Positions 13,334 to 25,900 of a stretch of 38,586 nucleotides of DNA are shown piece after piece (positions within the stretch are counted from its first letter, which is position 1; the number at the start of each line of letters is the position of its first letter). The DNA comes from Rotaria socialis (lineage: Eukaryota): assembly GCA_905331295.1 (NCBI GenBank), contig CAJNYD010000360.1, positions 124,001-162,586 on the forward strand. Direction: 5' to 3'. The notes below the pieces were generated by a model. It saw only the letters and a program-made list of their open reading frames with translations. It searched no databases and was not told the DNA's origin. The position numbers were made by a program, and so were the translations under genes.

Positions 13334-13671
13334 CCCTAGTCAACTCTCCCTAGAAGAATCCCCAGGGAGTCCCCTGACAAATCCCCGGGGACTCACGACA
13401 GGGAGTCCCTAGGGATTTCGTTCTTTTATGGGGACTCACTGGGGACTCGCCGGGGAGTTATATGACCAAAATCGATGAAATATCTAATTACTAATAAATT
13501 CTTCTAAATTTTTTCAAAATTTAAAAAAATTAAAAAGTTTTTTTTTAATTTTAAAAAACTTCACCAATTCTCCCCAGAGAAATGCCCGGGGACTCACGAC
13601 AGGGACTCCCCAGGGATTTCGTTATTTTGCGGGGACTCCCCGGGGAGTCGTCGGGGGAGAGTGGATTAGGG
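13334..13671. mobile_element. MITE with imperfect 18-bp TIRs and GGGGACTC/GAGTCCCC arrays
   Basis: Left end CCCTAGTCAACTCTCCCT vs right-end reverse complement CCCTAATCCACTCTCCCC. Internal direct repeat of about 58 bp (13380-13438 and 13581-13638) flanks an A/T spacer. Confidence 0.75.
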
Positions 13672-14609
13672 TTGTTTTCTGCTATCGACCGTTTCGTTCG
13701 GTGCGTCATATCACGTAGTTGGAAAAGATAGAAGAAAGCGCTGGATTTATTTTTCTTCTTGCTTCGTTTGATATAAATATCTTTCGTTTCGAATAAAAAA
13801 CTCTATTATTTGTGAAATCACATTAACTCTTCGACGAAGATAAGACTGTTATGCATTATGTATAATCGATCGAGTCTTTTGTCGCACGTTAGTACGTATT
13901 TTAGTAAAGACGAAAGTTTCAAACGAAACAAAATGTATTGCCGTAGAGCACCCTATGGATTATTATTGAAGAAAAGTGTAGGTGTGATGAGCTTATTTAC
14001 CGACAAACACCCACACCCTGTACAATGATATATGTGTCACAGTTGACATGAGAATTTCAGTCGAGATTGGAATGCCACATATGAGTTTTATGAATCGTAA
14101 AAGTTTATACAGTTGCAACTTTGAAAATTAAGTCACAGATTTAAATAAGCTTGGAAAATTTCTTATCTTCTTTAGACTGATTTGGAAGAGGCATGCATTG
14201 ACGATACAAATTTGCATATTAACTACGATCCAAACTGCAGGATGAAATGTGAACTTTCAGTAGATCCTAAAATGGAATCACGAAATTCAATTTGAAACTT
14301 TATCATTCTCTTATTAACCAGGATATTTCTATATCTTCTGAACGGTTCTTCAAAAGTATTTATCTACAATGTACGACAATGGCAAAACATAATGATTACT
14401 TCTAGTAGAGCTCAGAAGTAAAAATGTTATTTAAGTCTTAAAAATAGAACCAGCTATGAAGTGGTTAAGGGAAATCACTTCTTTTTTTTTTACCGAACCA
14501 TAGACATACCGAATTGAAGATAGTTTTAAGTACTGCCAGTACACTCATTCTACTGTGTTCTGTTGAGAACTATAAATAAAATCATACCATATGCATATTA
14601 AGACAAAAT

Positions 14610-14766
14610 AGGTGTGTCAGTGTTCCAGTGAAGGCCTGTGCCTCAGTGAGTAGCAGTGCGTCAGTATTTCCGGTGTCAGTTTAGACCGATTGACAGTGTA
14701 GTCAGCTCTCGGTGCTCAGTATATCGGTGGCTTCAGCCATCAGTAAACTGAAACTACACATCCCTG
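14610..14766. mobile_element. Right end of an hAT-like element with (T)CAGT subterminal repeats
   Basis: Dense CAGT motifs end in CATCCCTG (reverse complement CAGGGATG, an Ac-like terminus). No partner end with a matching TSD. Confidence 0.4.
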
Positions 14767-17625
14767 ACCTTATCGTAAAATCTATACAATACACAATATA
14801 TATCTACATATAATTCATAAAAAAATCACAAAAGGATGAACAAAGCACTTCATAAGTAAATTCAAATGAATGTAGGGGTCCCTTTTTGGAACATTTTAAT
14901 ATTTTTTCTATAAAAACTTACAGATAAAAATCGACTATTACGGGGATCCTCATTGAATAACATCAATCCATTGAATCAAACTCAACTTTGTGGGAATTTT
15001 TAAAATAACTAGCTAAGAACTCTCAATACAAGAAATCAGATAAAAAGAATATCATTGGATCATTCTGGATTCGATAAGCATGTAAAATGTTTCTTATAAA
15101 CTTTACCGTTCTAGTCTCGATCCTAAATTTTGACTAATATCTGTGATTTTGGAATATAATGTATAGAATACCAATAATCAACACACTAAATAATTGCTAG
15201 CACTCGAAAACTTTTAGAAGAATGATAGATACTATTTTTCTCGGGAAATAGATGACATATAAATTGTACAGAGATACGTGTTTTGATTTATTATTTTTGC
15301 TTAATCGAGTCAACAGAAAAATCTCGTACATATACATTTAGTAATGATAAAGTGTTCTTTTCACGTCCAGTTACTAGCTACCAAATCTAATAACATGCAT
15401 CTAAGTTTTTCGTCGAGTACAATAGTATTCTAGAGAACATACATCTTCCCGTAATTAACATTATTTTCGTCTATAGACACATTTTCATAGTTAATCATCC
15501 ATTCCCAGTAACTAAGTTAATCAAATGATGATCAATCAGAGAATAAAAAGACCTCATCAGTGTTTACTGTCTCTGTACTTCAACTGTTTAAAATGTACAC
15601 TGTTTTTTAAAATGTAGACATACTATTTCTTGTCTCTTGTAAAATGATCAATAACTTTTTTTTTCAATTACTAAGCATAGTATAACGTATGAAACAATAT
15701 GTCAAGTACATTTATCTGCATTTTTACTATGCGACGATGCGAAGATGCATAAGAACGCTGAACTTTGCCACACAAAAACGTGTCTAACTACGTCTTAAGT
15801 ACGTCCAATGATTAACATCTATATGCATATTTACATTTTGTAGAAACAGGTGCTAATTTAGTCGATTCTTGATAAAAATTAAATCTTCACTCAATACTAG
15901 AATAAGAATGATGAAAATTTAGAAAGTAAAAACTAATTTCTTTCACTTCCGGTTCATTTTTATCATAATTTAATGGCAAATCATATTAAAGAATAATAAA
16001 TGAATGTGCTCTACTATTTAATTGCAAACTGCTTCGAGATGCTCACTAAGTAATACTAACAAGAAATAAGGAGTTTCATTTTTCTTTTTTGTGCAGATCG
16101 AAAATTAAGTTCTTGATGCCTATATTACTGAAAATAATACAAAAACTATTCCTCTAGTTAAATGCTTGTGGTAAAATATTTTTGAATAGATCAAATAATG
16201 GCACTTTCAGCAGATTTTCTATGTGTTCACTATTGTTTCGATAATAGTTTTAGCTGGTTTTCTTTTAGAAGGTATTCCATTTAATCTGACAATTTCTCTT
16301 GAGTCCTGAATATTGTAAATAATTTCTAGAATCAATATTCATCGTTCGGAGTGGTGTATAAATAACAATAGTAAGATAAAATATTACATTTTCTCTCATT
16401 TTATTGTATCACATACGTTAATATTCGTTTATTTACAAGATTTTATATCCAGTTTATTTTTCTTTCTCTGTACGAAAAACTTAAACAAACTCGATTGCTA
16501 CATGTTATTATTTATAAGTAGATTTCTATTGTTCGAGTTGCAATATGAATGCGAATGTCAAATGTAAATGCAACTTTATTCAATATTTTTATTTCTGTTC
16601 GAGGCAAGCAACGATCACATTATTTTATTTATTTATTTTAGTTGGATTTGGATTGCGAATCAAACAAATCATGCATCGTTGATAATATTAAAAGATATAA
16701 CATAATATCAATAATGGCAAAAGAAAGATATAGAATGGCTCATATATTTATATAGATTTCAGCTATCGTCTTTTTGAGTGTAACACGAAGAAAATCAAAC
16801 TAATTGTATCAGTTACACTAGATTGATTTAGACATAGAAAAATTTCACAAATATATAGTTGCAGAATTTATGTCACTGTCTTAAAAACAAAACAAAAAAC
16901 ATTTCTTAAAAAAAATAAGTATTTCACGTTTCACAATTTTAAATACTGTTAAGTTGGCTTTTCAACTACTTCGTTTTGTAAATTTCTCTCAGTGTATAAA
17001 TATCGCATCATTTAAGAAATTTTCTCGTTTGCTGATTATTGTTAGAGATTACAAATAGAATATATAAATGGAGTATCTCGTGTAATTTTTCTTGTTTATT
17101 TAATAGTATAGGTGAGACATTTTATGTCGTTCTAAATAACGATTTATAGTAGAGTTTATTTACATTAAGTGAATACGATAAATTTCTTCAAACAAACTTA
17201 TGTCATTATCGTCAAACGTCAGCACATCTGATCAAATCAAATTGTATCAAAAGCAACACTTATAGAAATTAGTATTGTAGACGAGGATGCGAGGGATGCT
17301 AGTATTCTATTCATAAGAAACATACATTACAAGAATTCAAATCGAGATCGAGTCAGTTCTAGATCTTAACAAATCGATAGTATCGTATCATTCAAAGTTA
17401 GATTTTAAAAACCGTAAATTACTCAATACATCGGTAAAAATAATCGAGAGAAGTCCTCAATTTATGCATTCAATTGATTTCATAAATCGTGATACATTCA
17501 CTGTTGTTTGAGTGATTTCGATGGTATGGGCAGATTTCAGAATGACCTTTAGTTTTTTAATGATACATTTTTTGAATGCATACACATAGCGAATACTCTT
17601 TTCATGGACAACAGTGTTGTGTATC

Positions 17626-17804
17626 CAGGGACGGCGCGGGGGGAGGCTCCCTCCTACTTTGGAAATTTTTGTTTCAATTGTTTCAATTTTACTCCGATTT
17701 GAAGAAAATAGAAAAGATTTTTATTGATTCCTCCGATTTTTGAAAAAAAAACCTCCCGTTTTCAAGTAACTCCCCTATATTTTTATTACTTCGCGCCGTC
17801 CCTG
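17626..17804. mobile_element. hAT-superfamily MITE, 179 bp
   Basis: Perfect 13-bp TIR CAGGGACGGCGCG / CGCGCCGTCCCTG. Perfect 8-bp TSD TGTGTATC at 17618-17625 and 17805-17812. Confidence 0.95.
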
Positions 17805-18391
17805 TGTGTATCAGAAAGCACATGGCGCATTTTGTCACTTAGCAATATATTTGACATGTTAGTCATAAGTGCACACAAAAAATCATACGCTACAATGTTT
17901 TTTTCTGCCAAACGCCAACGAAATGTTTGTTGAGTCAACATAATTCACATGTGATTAATGCAACCCACGTTATTCATTTTATTTTACTCCTTTAGGACGT
18001 CAACCGCGTCTTTTTTTCTTCCACAAACAAAAAGTTTTAATATATCTGTCAGAAAAAAAACTTCACTCTCCTACTTGTTGCTTGTTTTTGTTGGTAGATT
18101 TTCGTATCCACAGCAAAGTTTTATATGTCACTTCGTATCGTCAGAGTATCGTCAGATAAAGCAGCGAATAAAAGATAAGTGACTTAAAAACATCTATATG
18201 GTTTAGCAAAAAGATTTTAATATCTCTAATCGTAAAGGTATTTGATTGAAATCGAATAAAAATATTGCTTGTTCTGTAACCAGATTACTATAATTCTAGA
18301 TCAAATAAATGTACTTTACCAGTTAACAATTTCTTTGATTTCTATTTTTTATAGATTAGGATTAAATCAATAACATATAAATTGATTTAAT

Positions 18392-20383
18392 ATGGCAACG
18401 CCATATAATAACAACGAAGAAGTCGATGGTATCTCATCTGGTAATATACACAATGCCACTTGTGATAGTTGTCGATCCCGTCGTATCTACAGTGATAGAT
18501 ACAAATGTCTACAATGTAACGACTATGACCTATGTGGTAATTGTTTTGAAGAACGATGTCAGACAAAATCGCACTCTAGTGGCCATGCAATGGTTCATTT
18601 TAAAATTCCAAACGAACTGTTCGGTCAGTACTTTCCTAGTCCAAGTGAAGTCACACTAAAAAAACTAGCTGAACTATTCTCAAACAAAAAGCATAATATC
18701 AAATGTAGCGGCTGCTCAGTGGAAATCGTCGGTGTTCGATTCAAATGTGATATTTGTCATAATTACAATTTATGCTCGAAATGTATGCAACAAGGAGTTG
18801 TCAGTAAAAATCATCAACAAACTCACCCACTAGTAGTTGCCAGCAGTCAAAGTCTGCTTAAAGTCGATATAAATGATATTGTTAAAAAGGAAGAACTTGG
18901 CCGTGGAGCGTTCGGTTAGTCTTTTCATTTTCATTTTATATTGACGCATACGCCTTTTTATAGGTCAGGTATATAGGGCTGTTTGGTTGTCAAAAAAACG
19001 CGAAGTAGCATGCAAAGTAATCCAAGTGACAGCACATAGACTTCATTTAGAAGAAAGCTTTCGCAAGGAATTAGATGCTTACGCTGAACTATCAGGAGCT
19101 TATATTCTCAAAACATTTGGCTATGGAGAACGTCTAATGGTCAATGGCAGCAAAGAATGTTTTTTGATAACTGAATTCATGCATCGTGGTAGCCTTGCAA
19201 ATGTCATTCATAACGACATTGAAAAAATTTCACTTCGACGAAAATTAACAATGGCCTGCCATGTTGTAAGTGGTATGCGTAAACTACACGGGCATACAAT
19301 GATTCATCGTGACATACGCCCTGATAATATTCTTGTTTCAAGCAATTATACCGCAAAAATTGGTGATATGGGCATAGCACGTGTCTTCGATCCTAATGAA
19401 AAGCATACACTAATGGGTTGTATGCCATTCATGCCACCTGAATTTCACAGGTAAATCTTTGAAATTGAAATAATACACAGTGATTACTTTTGTTTTTCTT
19501 TTCTCTTTCTTTTTATAGAGGTGATGGTGATTATGATCAATCACTCGATGTTTTTACATTTGGATTGACATTAAATGAATTATTTACTGAAAAACTTCAT
19601 CGATTCATTCAAGCCTCTAAACGTATTCAGATTACTAAGGAAAGTCCTATCTTTTTCGATCTGATTACTAGCTGTATTAATAATGAATCTTCTCAACGTC
19701 CAACAGCTACTGAAATAGAAGACATTTTAAATAAATATCGGCGAGCTGCAGATAAATATATAAAAGAAGAACATCCCAATTACACCAGCCAAACACTTGC
19801 GGCCAAAGATGCCATTTTTATAAAGTTTTACAGTGAACATCATAAACTGCAGAAAGAGGAACCGAAACAAATCTATGTGCTACCACCAAAGTCTCACTTC
19901 AGTTCGGCTTTAGTCCACCAATATTTCGACGATATGATGAAACAATTTAATAATATTCGACATCATATCGATGTTCGACGATCAAAACATCAGCAGCCAA
20001 TCCCACAAAAAGTCAAAGAGTTGAAATACTTTGATAATGAATCCATGGATGATCACGATCAACGGAAGAAACCTGCACCAATAAAAATTGATCAAAGACC
20101 AGCCCGATGTCCTAGTCCACCATCGGATTTTCTTCGACTTCCAATGGAGAATCACCAACAATTTCTCAATTTAGTCCAACATAAACGATCACGTACACCA
20201 ACTCCTATGTCTCCAAGTTTTGACAATCAAGCGCATCAGGCACATTTTTTCCGTCGAATAGATGAAGTTCGGTGTATTAGCGCAAATAATATGGTCAATC
20301 AACGTCATATTGAAATGAACTGGAATGCCGATTTTGATCAAAAATTTCCTGACTTTCAGCGGATGAGGAGAGAGTTCAAATAG
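18392..20383 (+). CDS. Protein kinase (TKL-like) with two N-terminal ZZ-type zinc fingers and a low-complexity C-terminal tail, 624 aa, 3 exons
   Basis: Exons 18392-18914, 18964-19450 and 19519-20383 (1875 nt, phase-consistent GT-AG introns). ZZ1: CDSC...YKCLQCNDYDLCGNCF...H...H. ZZ2: CSGC...FKCDICHNYNLCSKC...H...H. Kinase motifs: LGRGAFGQVY, VACK, HRDIRPDN, KIGDMG, MPPE, DVFTFG, RPT. Confidence 0.92.
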
Positions 20384-20691
20384 ACATCTAGCGTATTAAT
20401 ATCTACTTTTTGATTGAAAAAGACTTTGAAAAATTTTCCAGAGTTCTATTGTATATTACAGTTAAATACATTAATTGATTATGAGTTTTCATAAAGAAAA
20501 AAACAACAACTTACTGTTATAACGTGATGAATGCTAAAGGACGGATTGCTTTGAAACTATTAAATAGAGAACTCAATAAATGATGAAGTATTTAAATTAG
20601 AATACCTACACCTAATATTATGATATTTAAATAGTCAAATGTATATATCGCACTTTGTTACAATTACGAAGCTATTGCTTAAAAAGGTGAG

Positions 20692-21312
20692 AGGTGTCCA
20701 AAGACTGAGGATTAGGAATTTGTAAGGTTAGTTAATCACTATCCGATTGTTAGTCCTTTAGAACCTGAATTTAACGTTTGATAAGAAACTAATAAACAGA
20801 CGTTTATTACGTAGAAGTGTCTGATATATATATAGAGAGTTACATGGAATAGGAAAGAGCTTACTAGAAGAAGATAGAGAAGAGAGAACTTACAAGAAGT
20901 CATACAGAAAAGAATGGAATATACTAGAAACGATCACATGACAGTTCAAGCAGAACGAAAAGTGATACATACATAGAATGACGTCATAACAATGGCAGAA
21001 ATAACACAACGATAGATTGCGCTACATAACAAATTCCTCATCAGTTCCCCTACAGTTCCTAGCATACTAAAGGTAAAAATATGGAGTATTCACGATAATT
21101 TTTGTTCTTACACTCATTTTCACTTGGAAAATTGTGAGAATCAATGATCCCATGCAAAAATTATTTTTAAAACAGCAATATCGCGACTTTCATGAATGGT
21201 GGAACTGTGAGAGAACTTATAGTTGATTCCCATTTCCTCTAGGAATTATCACGGAGACACTGACAATTCCTCAGCACATTAGGAATTCCTATTTCTCAGT
21301 TCTTGGACACTG
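20692..21312. mobile_element. Old non-autonomous TIR element (CAGTGTCC end) interrupted by a solo LTR
   Basis: With 20721-21035 removed, the left end reads GTGTCCAAAGACTGAGGATTAGGAATTCCTCA. This matches the right-end reverse complement CAGTGTCCAAGAACTGAGAAATAGGAATTCCTAA. Confidence 0.7.
20721..21031 (-). mobile_element. Solo LTR, 311 bp (Ty3/gypsy-like)
   Basis: TG...CA termini (TGTAAG...ATAACA) and a 4-bp TSD AATT (20717-20720, 21032-21035). On the minus strand, TATATATA at ~20824-20834 is followed by AATAAA at 20803-20808. Its removal restores the host TIR. Confidence 0.8.
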
Positions 21313-21316
21313 CTAG

Positions 21317-21603
21317 TTTACCGCAAAAAAATAATTCAGTATTTACCGCGGTAAACAGCCGGTTTTGATTAATACCGCGGTTACCGCTAAAAAAGCGGTT
21401 AACCGGTTCGTCTATAATCTTTCACAGAAAACGTCTTCCAAATCATCAATTAAGCTATTTTAAAGATTCTTTTCTTTACTTTTGCATGTGATAAACATGT
21501 GCTAAAAACCGCCGGTTTTATCGGCCCGGTTACCGGCTCCCATTACCACAGGAAGGAAAAATATCGCGGTTTACCGCAAAAAATGATTCGGTATTCGCAA
21601 CAT
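21317..21603. mobile_element. CCGCGG/ACCGG-rich DNA-transposon remnant
   Basis: Direct repeat GTTTACCGCAAAAAA(A)TRATTCRGTATT at ~21317 and ~21569, with many TACCGC/ACCGG motifs. Ends TTCGCAACA. Same motif style as 12700-13330. Confidence 0.45.
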
Positions 21604-22962
21604 GGGTTGTATAGAAATATGTTCTGATTGGTCTTGTATCATAACAATCATCAGTGGAATTGTAATAATTAATTGTCTAAACTGTATATCAACGTGATGC
21701 TTCTATTTTTCTATGTGGCTTGAATCTGCATTCAAAAGATAAATTTTGTACAGTGATGGCTCGTTGACAAAATGAGTAACTGCAATTACATGTACAATAC
21801 TATTATTAAGAATCAAACAAAATCTCTATTTACAATCGAAAAACTAGTCATACAGAGTCATGGAATTTTTGTTTTGTTTTCTTCAAAAAATGTTATATAT
21901 ACTTGAAAAACAGTTAGGAAATATTTATAACAATAAGATTCCGCTCTGAAAGTGCTAGAAATAATAGCTTTTATTCTGCGCATAAACAAAATCTCTTCGC
22001 ACAAAGGATACTTATCTAAATTTGCCTGCATCATATAGTTACGCCATACATAGATAAAATAACTCAAATCATCATCGTTGATAATGAGTTCTACTGATAT
22101 GATAATGAAAGTGAGTAACATGAAGATCTTTCATAGCTCAATTTATTCCTGCATTCATGACTATGCAATAGATACAGAGTGTAAGAAAGTAATCAAATTT
22201 TCTGAATAATATCAGGTATAGTCAATAGTCCATAAAAATATTATTTCTCTTCATGTGTCTTGATCAATCAAAGAACAAGCTGAACAACATACTCATCGTG
22301 CATGTATGACGTAAGCTAAACTTGCTATGTCATAACACATGAGTAAAAGAATGCACTATTATGATAAACACTTAGATGGGCTGAAAATTTATTAAATTAT
22401 GAAAAAACATAGAACCAAGAAATGAAAAAAACGAAGCAATTACTAATGGATGAATAAAAGTAGTTTAAAAGTATTGTCATCGTATAAAACATGAAATTTT
22501 CAACGCAGAATAATCCATAGTGCGTGAATAACACCTAGAAACGCACAGATGAGTTTTATGAGAATACGAATAAATAAAAACTGATTGTTGTAATCAATCA
22601 TGTCGCTTACCTGGTACCCACATTATAAGTGTTAAAATAAGATTAATAATAAAATTTTGATTTATTTGATTTTCATGTAAGAAAACAGCCAAAGGTGGAA
22701 TAAAAATGGCAATGATAACAAGAATTAGCTGTTCAACCATATTAAAATAATGGTCTTTTCAATTTGTTAAATCTGTTATCTAGAGTCGAGCAGATTCAAT
22801 ATTTTAAAAGAAAGAAAGGCATCATTTCTCGAATTAAATTCATGTTTGTAAATATATACAGAAAAAAACATTTCTACGCATTCGACACCATTGTTTCTCG
22901 TTTAACAGAAATCCTTCTGTGTTCAAAAAAGAATGAGATGAAACATGAGCATATTACCTATA

Positions 22963-25900
22963 GGAGGCATTGTACGTAAGCCACGACCAGTTACAGCAAA
23001 AGGTTGCTAAGTCGATCTCACCGATTTGGCTCATACTTTTACAGTAGGTAGCTCCAACAAAGTTAGGAAGAAATCGAAAATTTCAGCTCGAACGGATCAT
23101 CCATTCTGGAGACATATGCACTCGAAGTAAGACGGGATCGGATTTTTTGTACTTCGACAATTTTCAGTAAATTTTCATTTTCTCAAGAACGATAAGAGCT
23201 GCACCAAAACGTTTCTCACCGTTAATAGTATTGAAAGTATCTTATGTTTGAAAAAATTTCTCCGTGCGATTAATCTGGCTCAGCAAATAGGGTGCCAGTG
23301 TATAGGGCCGATTGGTCACATCAGTGATGTGGGTGGATTCAAACATAGTCTCATATGAAAGAGCAGATCAAACTGCATCGAATGGTGTGCTCAAAACTTT
23401 GTTATTTTGATTGTCAGTAGCGAAAAGTTTTTCAATAAGATCATGATATTTTCAAGAAAAATTCATTTGAAAAAAACACTTGTGCTCGTTTATTTTTCAT
23501 ATATTATTTTTATTTATTCTAATATTCGGACATATTCTGATAGCGCATGCAATTCTCTACTATTGTATAGAAGAACCTCTTGAAGAGCACGTATTGGATG
23601 AGAAAAAAATAATGCACAATAAAGGCATCATAATCCTCACATTTCTCTAAAACTAACTTTTGTTCTTTTTTTTATTTTCTAGTTAGGTAAATACAAAAGC
23701 ACCTATGCACTCTGCTAGCGCGTGAAATTATGCATCTTTTGATATGTCACTGGAAAATCTGGAAAATCACCAAAATGCAGACGAGTATTTAGTGCAGCGT
23801 ATAATAGTCACACTCACGAGGGAACATGCGCAAGTGATTCGCACCATTTGGGTTCATATTGTGCTCATAAGTAGGGCCCAGTGAGACTAGAAAAGGCCTA
23901 ATGGCACGAAATCTTTTAGATCTTTTCTAGTCTCACTGGGTCCTATTTATGAGCACAGCATGAACCCAAATGGTGCGAATCACTTGGGAATGGTCCCTTG
24001 TCAGTGAAACTCATCTAACGAAGAAAGGCCCCTGGGCGTTTCTCTGCGATTTCAATGAAACCTATGTGGGTTTGTGAAGTCAAGCGTTCGTATCTCAAAT
24101 ATAAAACAAATAGTGGCTAAGACCAATCCGTTAAAAGAAAATAGAACAAAAAATTTTTATTCTTAGGACCCTAGGGAGGACCACAGGTTGTTGTTTTTAA
24201 CGAAAAATCAAGTTCGCAAAACAAATTTCAGACATTCATAGGTCGACACAGTTTTTAATCCTGATTCCAAATATCTCATGAGTTTTGCTGCATATTGTAT
24301 GTTTGGTAACCAAAATCTCCGGAACAGTAATCAAAATGTTATAAAATCGTAGCTGTTGAAGAATCTGGTAGGGAAGTTTTAATCGACCAATTTCTTTGAA
24401 ATCTGAAAAACGTGCAATGATGAAGGGTTTTCAAAGTGCTATCAATTGATAGATGCATATTTACAAGAGTCTATTAAACGCTGTAAGTTTCTACTGGTTG
24501 ACTAGATAACTAGTTGAGCACAATTCTCAGCTCACATACCACTCACTGCTAACGAAATAGCAAATACCAAGCGATATACCAACAACTCGTGTTTTCGATA
24601 GACTTATTCTTAAGCAAATCGATGTAGAACCCAATGCCCTATCGTATGTTACCATTCCAAGATGAAAGTGATATTACTGTGAAAACATATCAGAAGTATA
24701 TCGCTTAATTTCGGTGATTGTAAACTAAGGTTACAATATCCAGTCATTACTACCCTAGATTTTATAGAATCGATGTAAACCTACTGTCAAGCAACATTGT
24801 TATATTATGCATCGAAGTATGCATATATTTTAATAATTCAAGAATGGATAAATGTTACCGTTGTGTGCCTATATGCTTTATTAGTATATCAGCGAGAGTG
24901 TTGACTTTATCTGAATACGATGAATCATATAAATTTACAACAGTAATCATTACGATAGAATCTCTTTATCGTTTTATAGAGAACAAATCACCATAAAAAC
25001 TTCTTGGCTTTATCTTTTTCTATCCTAAATATTTGAAGAGATAGAAAATGTCTCTTGACTACTTGATATTCACACACGGGCATACATTTTTTTACGAAGG
25101 TGTTATCTTCTCCTGTATAAAAACTGCTAACAGTAGGCAAACATGGACGTGCGGAATGAAAGAGTCGATTTCAAGAAAGACATGACTTTTCGTTTAAAAA
25201 ATTCAATCTGTGGTCTCCCTCAGGGTCCTAGGAACAAAATATTTTTATTCTAAATATTTTTAACGGATTAGTCTCAGCCGCTATTTTTTTTGTGTATTTG
25301 AGATACCAGCGCTGTACTTCGCAAATCCACGTAAATTTCGTTGAAATTCCAGAGAAACACCTAGGACCTTTCCTCGTAGGCAAGTTTTCGTAACTGGGTG
25401 TTTTTATCGCAATAGCTTAGTGTGATAGAAAAACGAATAGCAGTTTCACAATCAGCATGAAAAACTGCGCTAATCATAATACTTTTTGAAAAAAAAACAT
25501 TTTTACCAAAAACTCGGGACTAGGACATTTCGTACAAGTGTCCCGGATACTCGGTAATCCGTTCGGGTGTTCGGAATTGATTTTTGCCTTTAAAAACATT
25601 TACAGGGGAGTTCGTAACACATGTAGGTCAGGATATCTTATTTTAAAAATATACAGGAAAATCGGAATGAAAGTTGTCCATATTTCAATCCGAACATCCT
25701 GCTTGTTTTAAATATTTGTCATTCCGAAGAGTATCTATGTTTTTATGTCGGGAAATCGTAATGCAACGTTAGTGCGAAATGCCTTATTCCCGAAAATTCA
25801 CCTGAAGGGGACCCCAAGGTCAATTTTGAAAAACAAACTGCTGAGGAGTACTACAGGTGAATTTTTGGTAAAAATTATTTTTCTACAAAAAGTATCAAGT

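Noticed and set aside
12622..14766. Single 2.1-kb hAT element bounded by CAGAGATG...CATCCCTG
   Set aside because: The flanks GTTGTAAC and ACCTTATC are not a TSD and the subterminal motifs differ, so these are probably ends of different elements.
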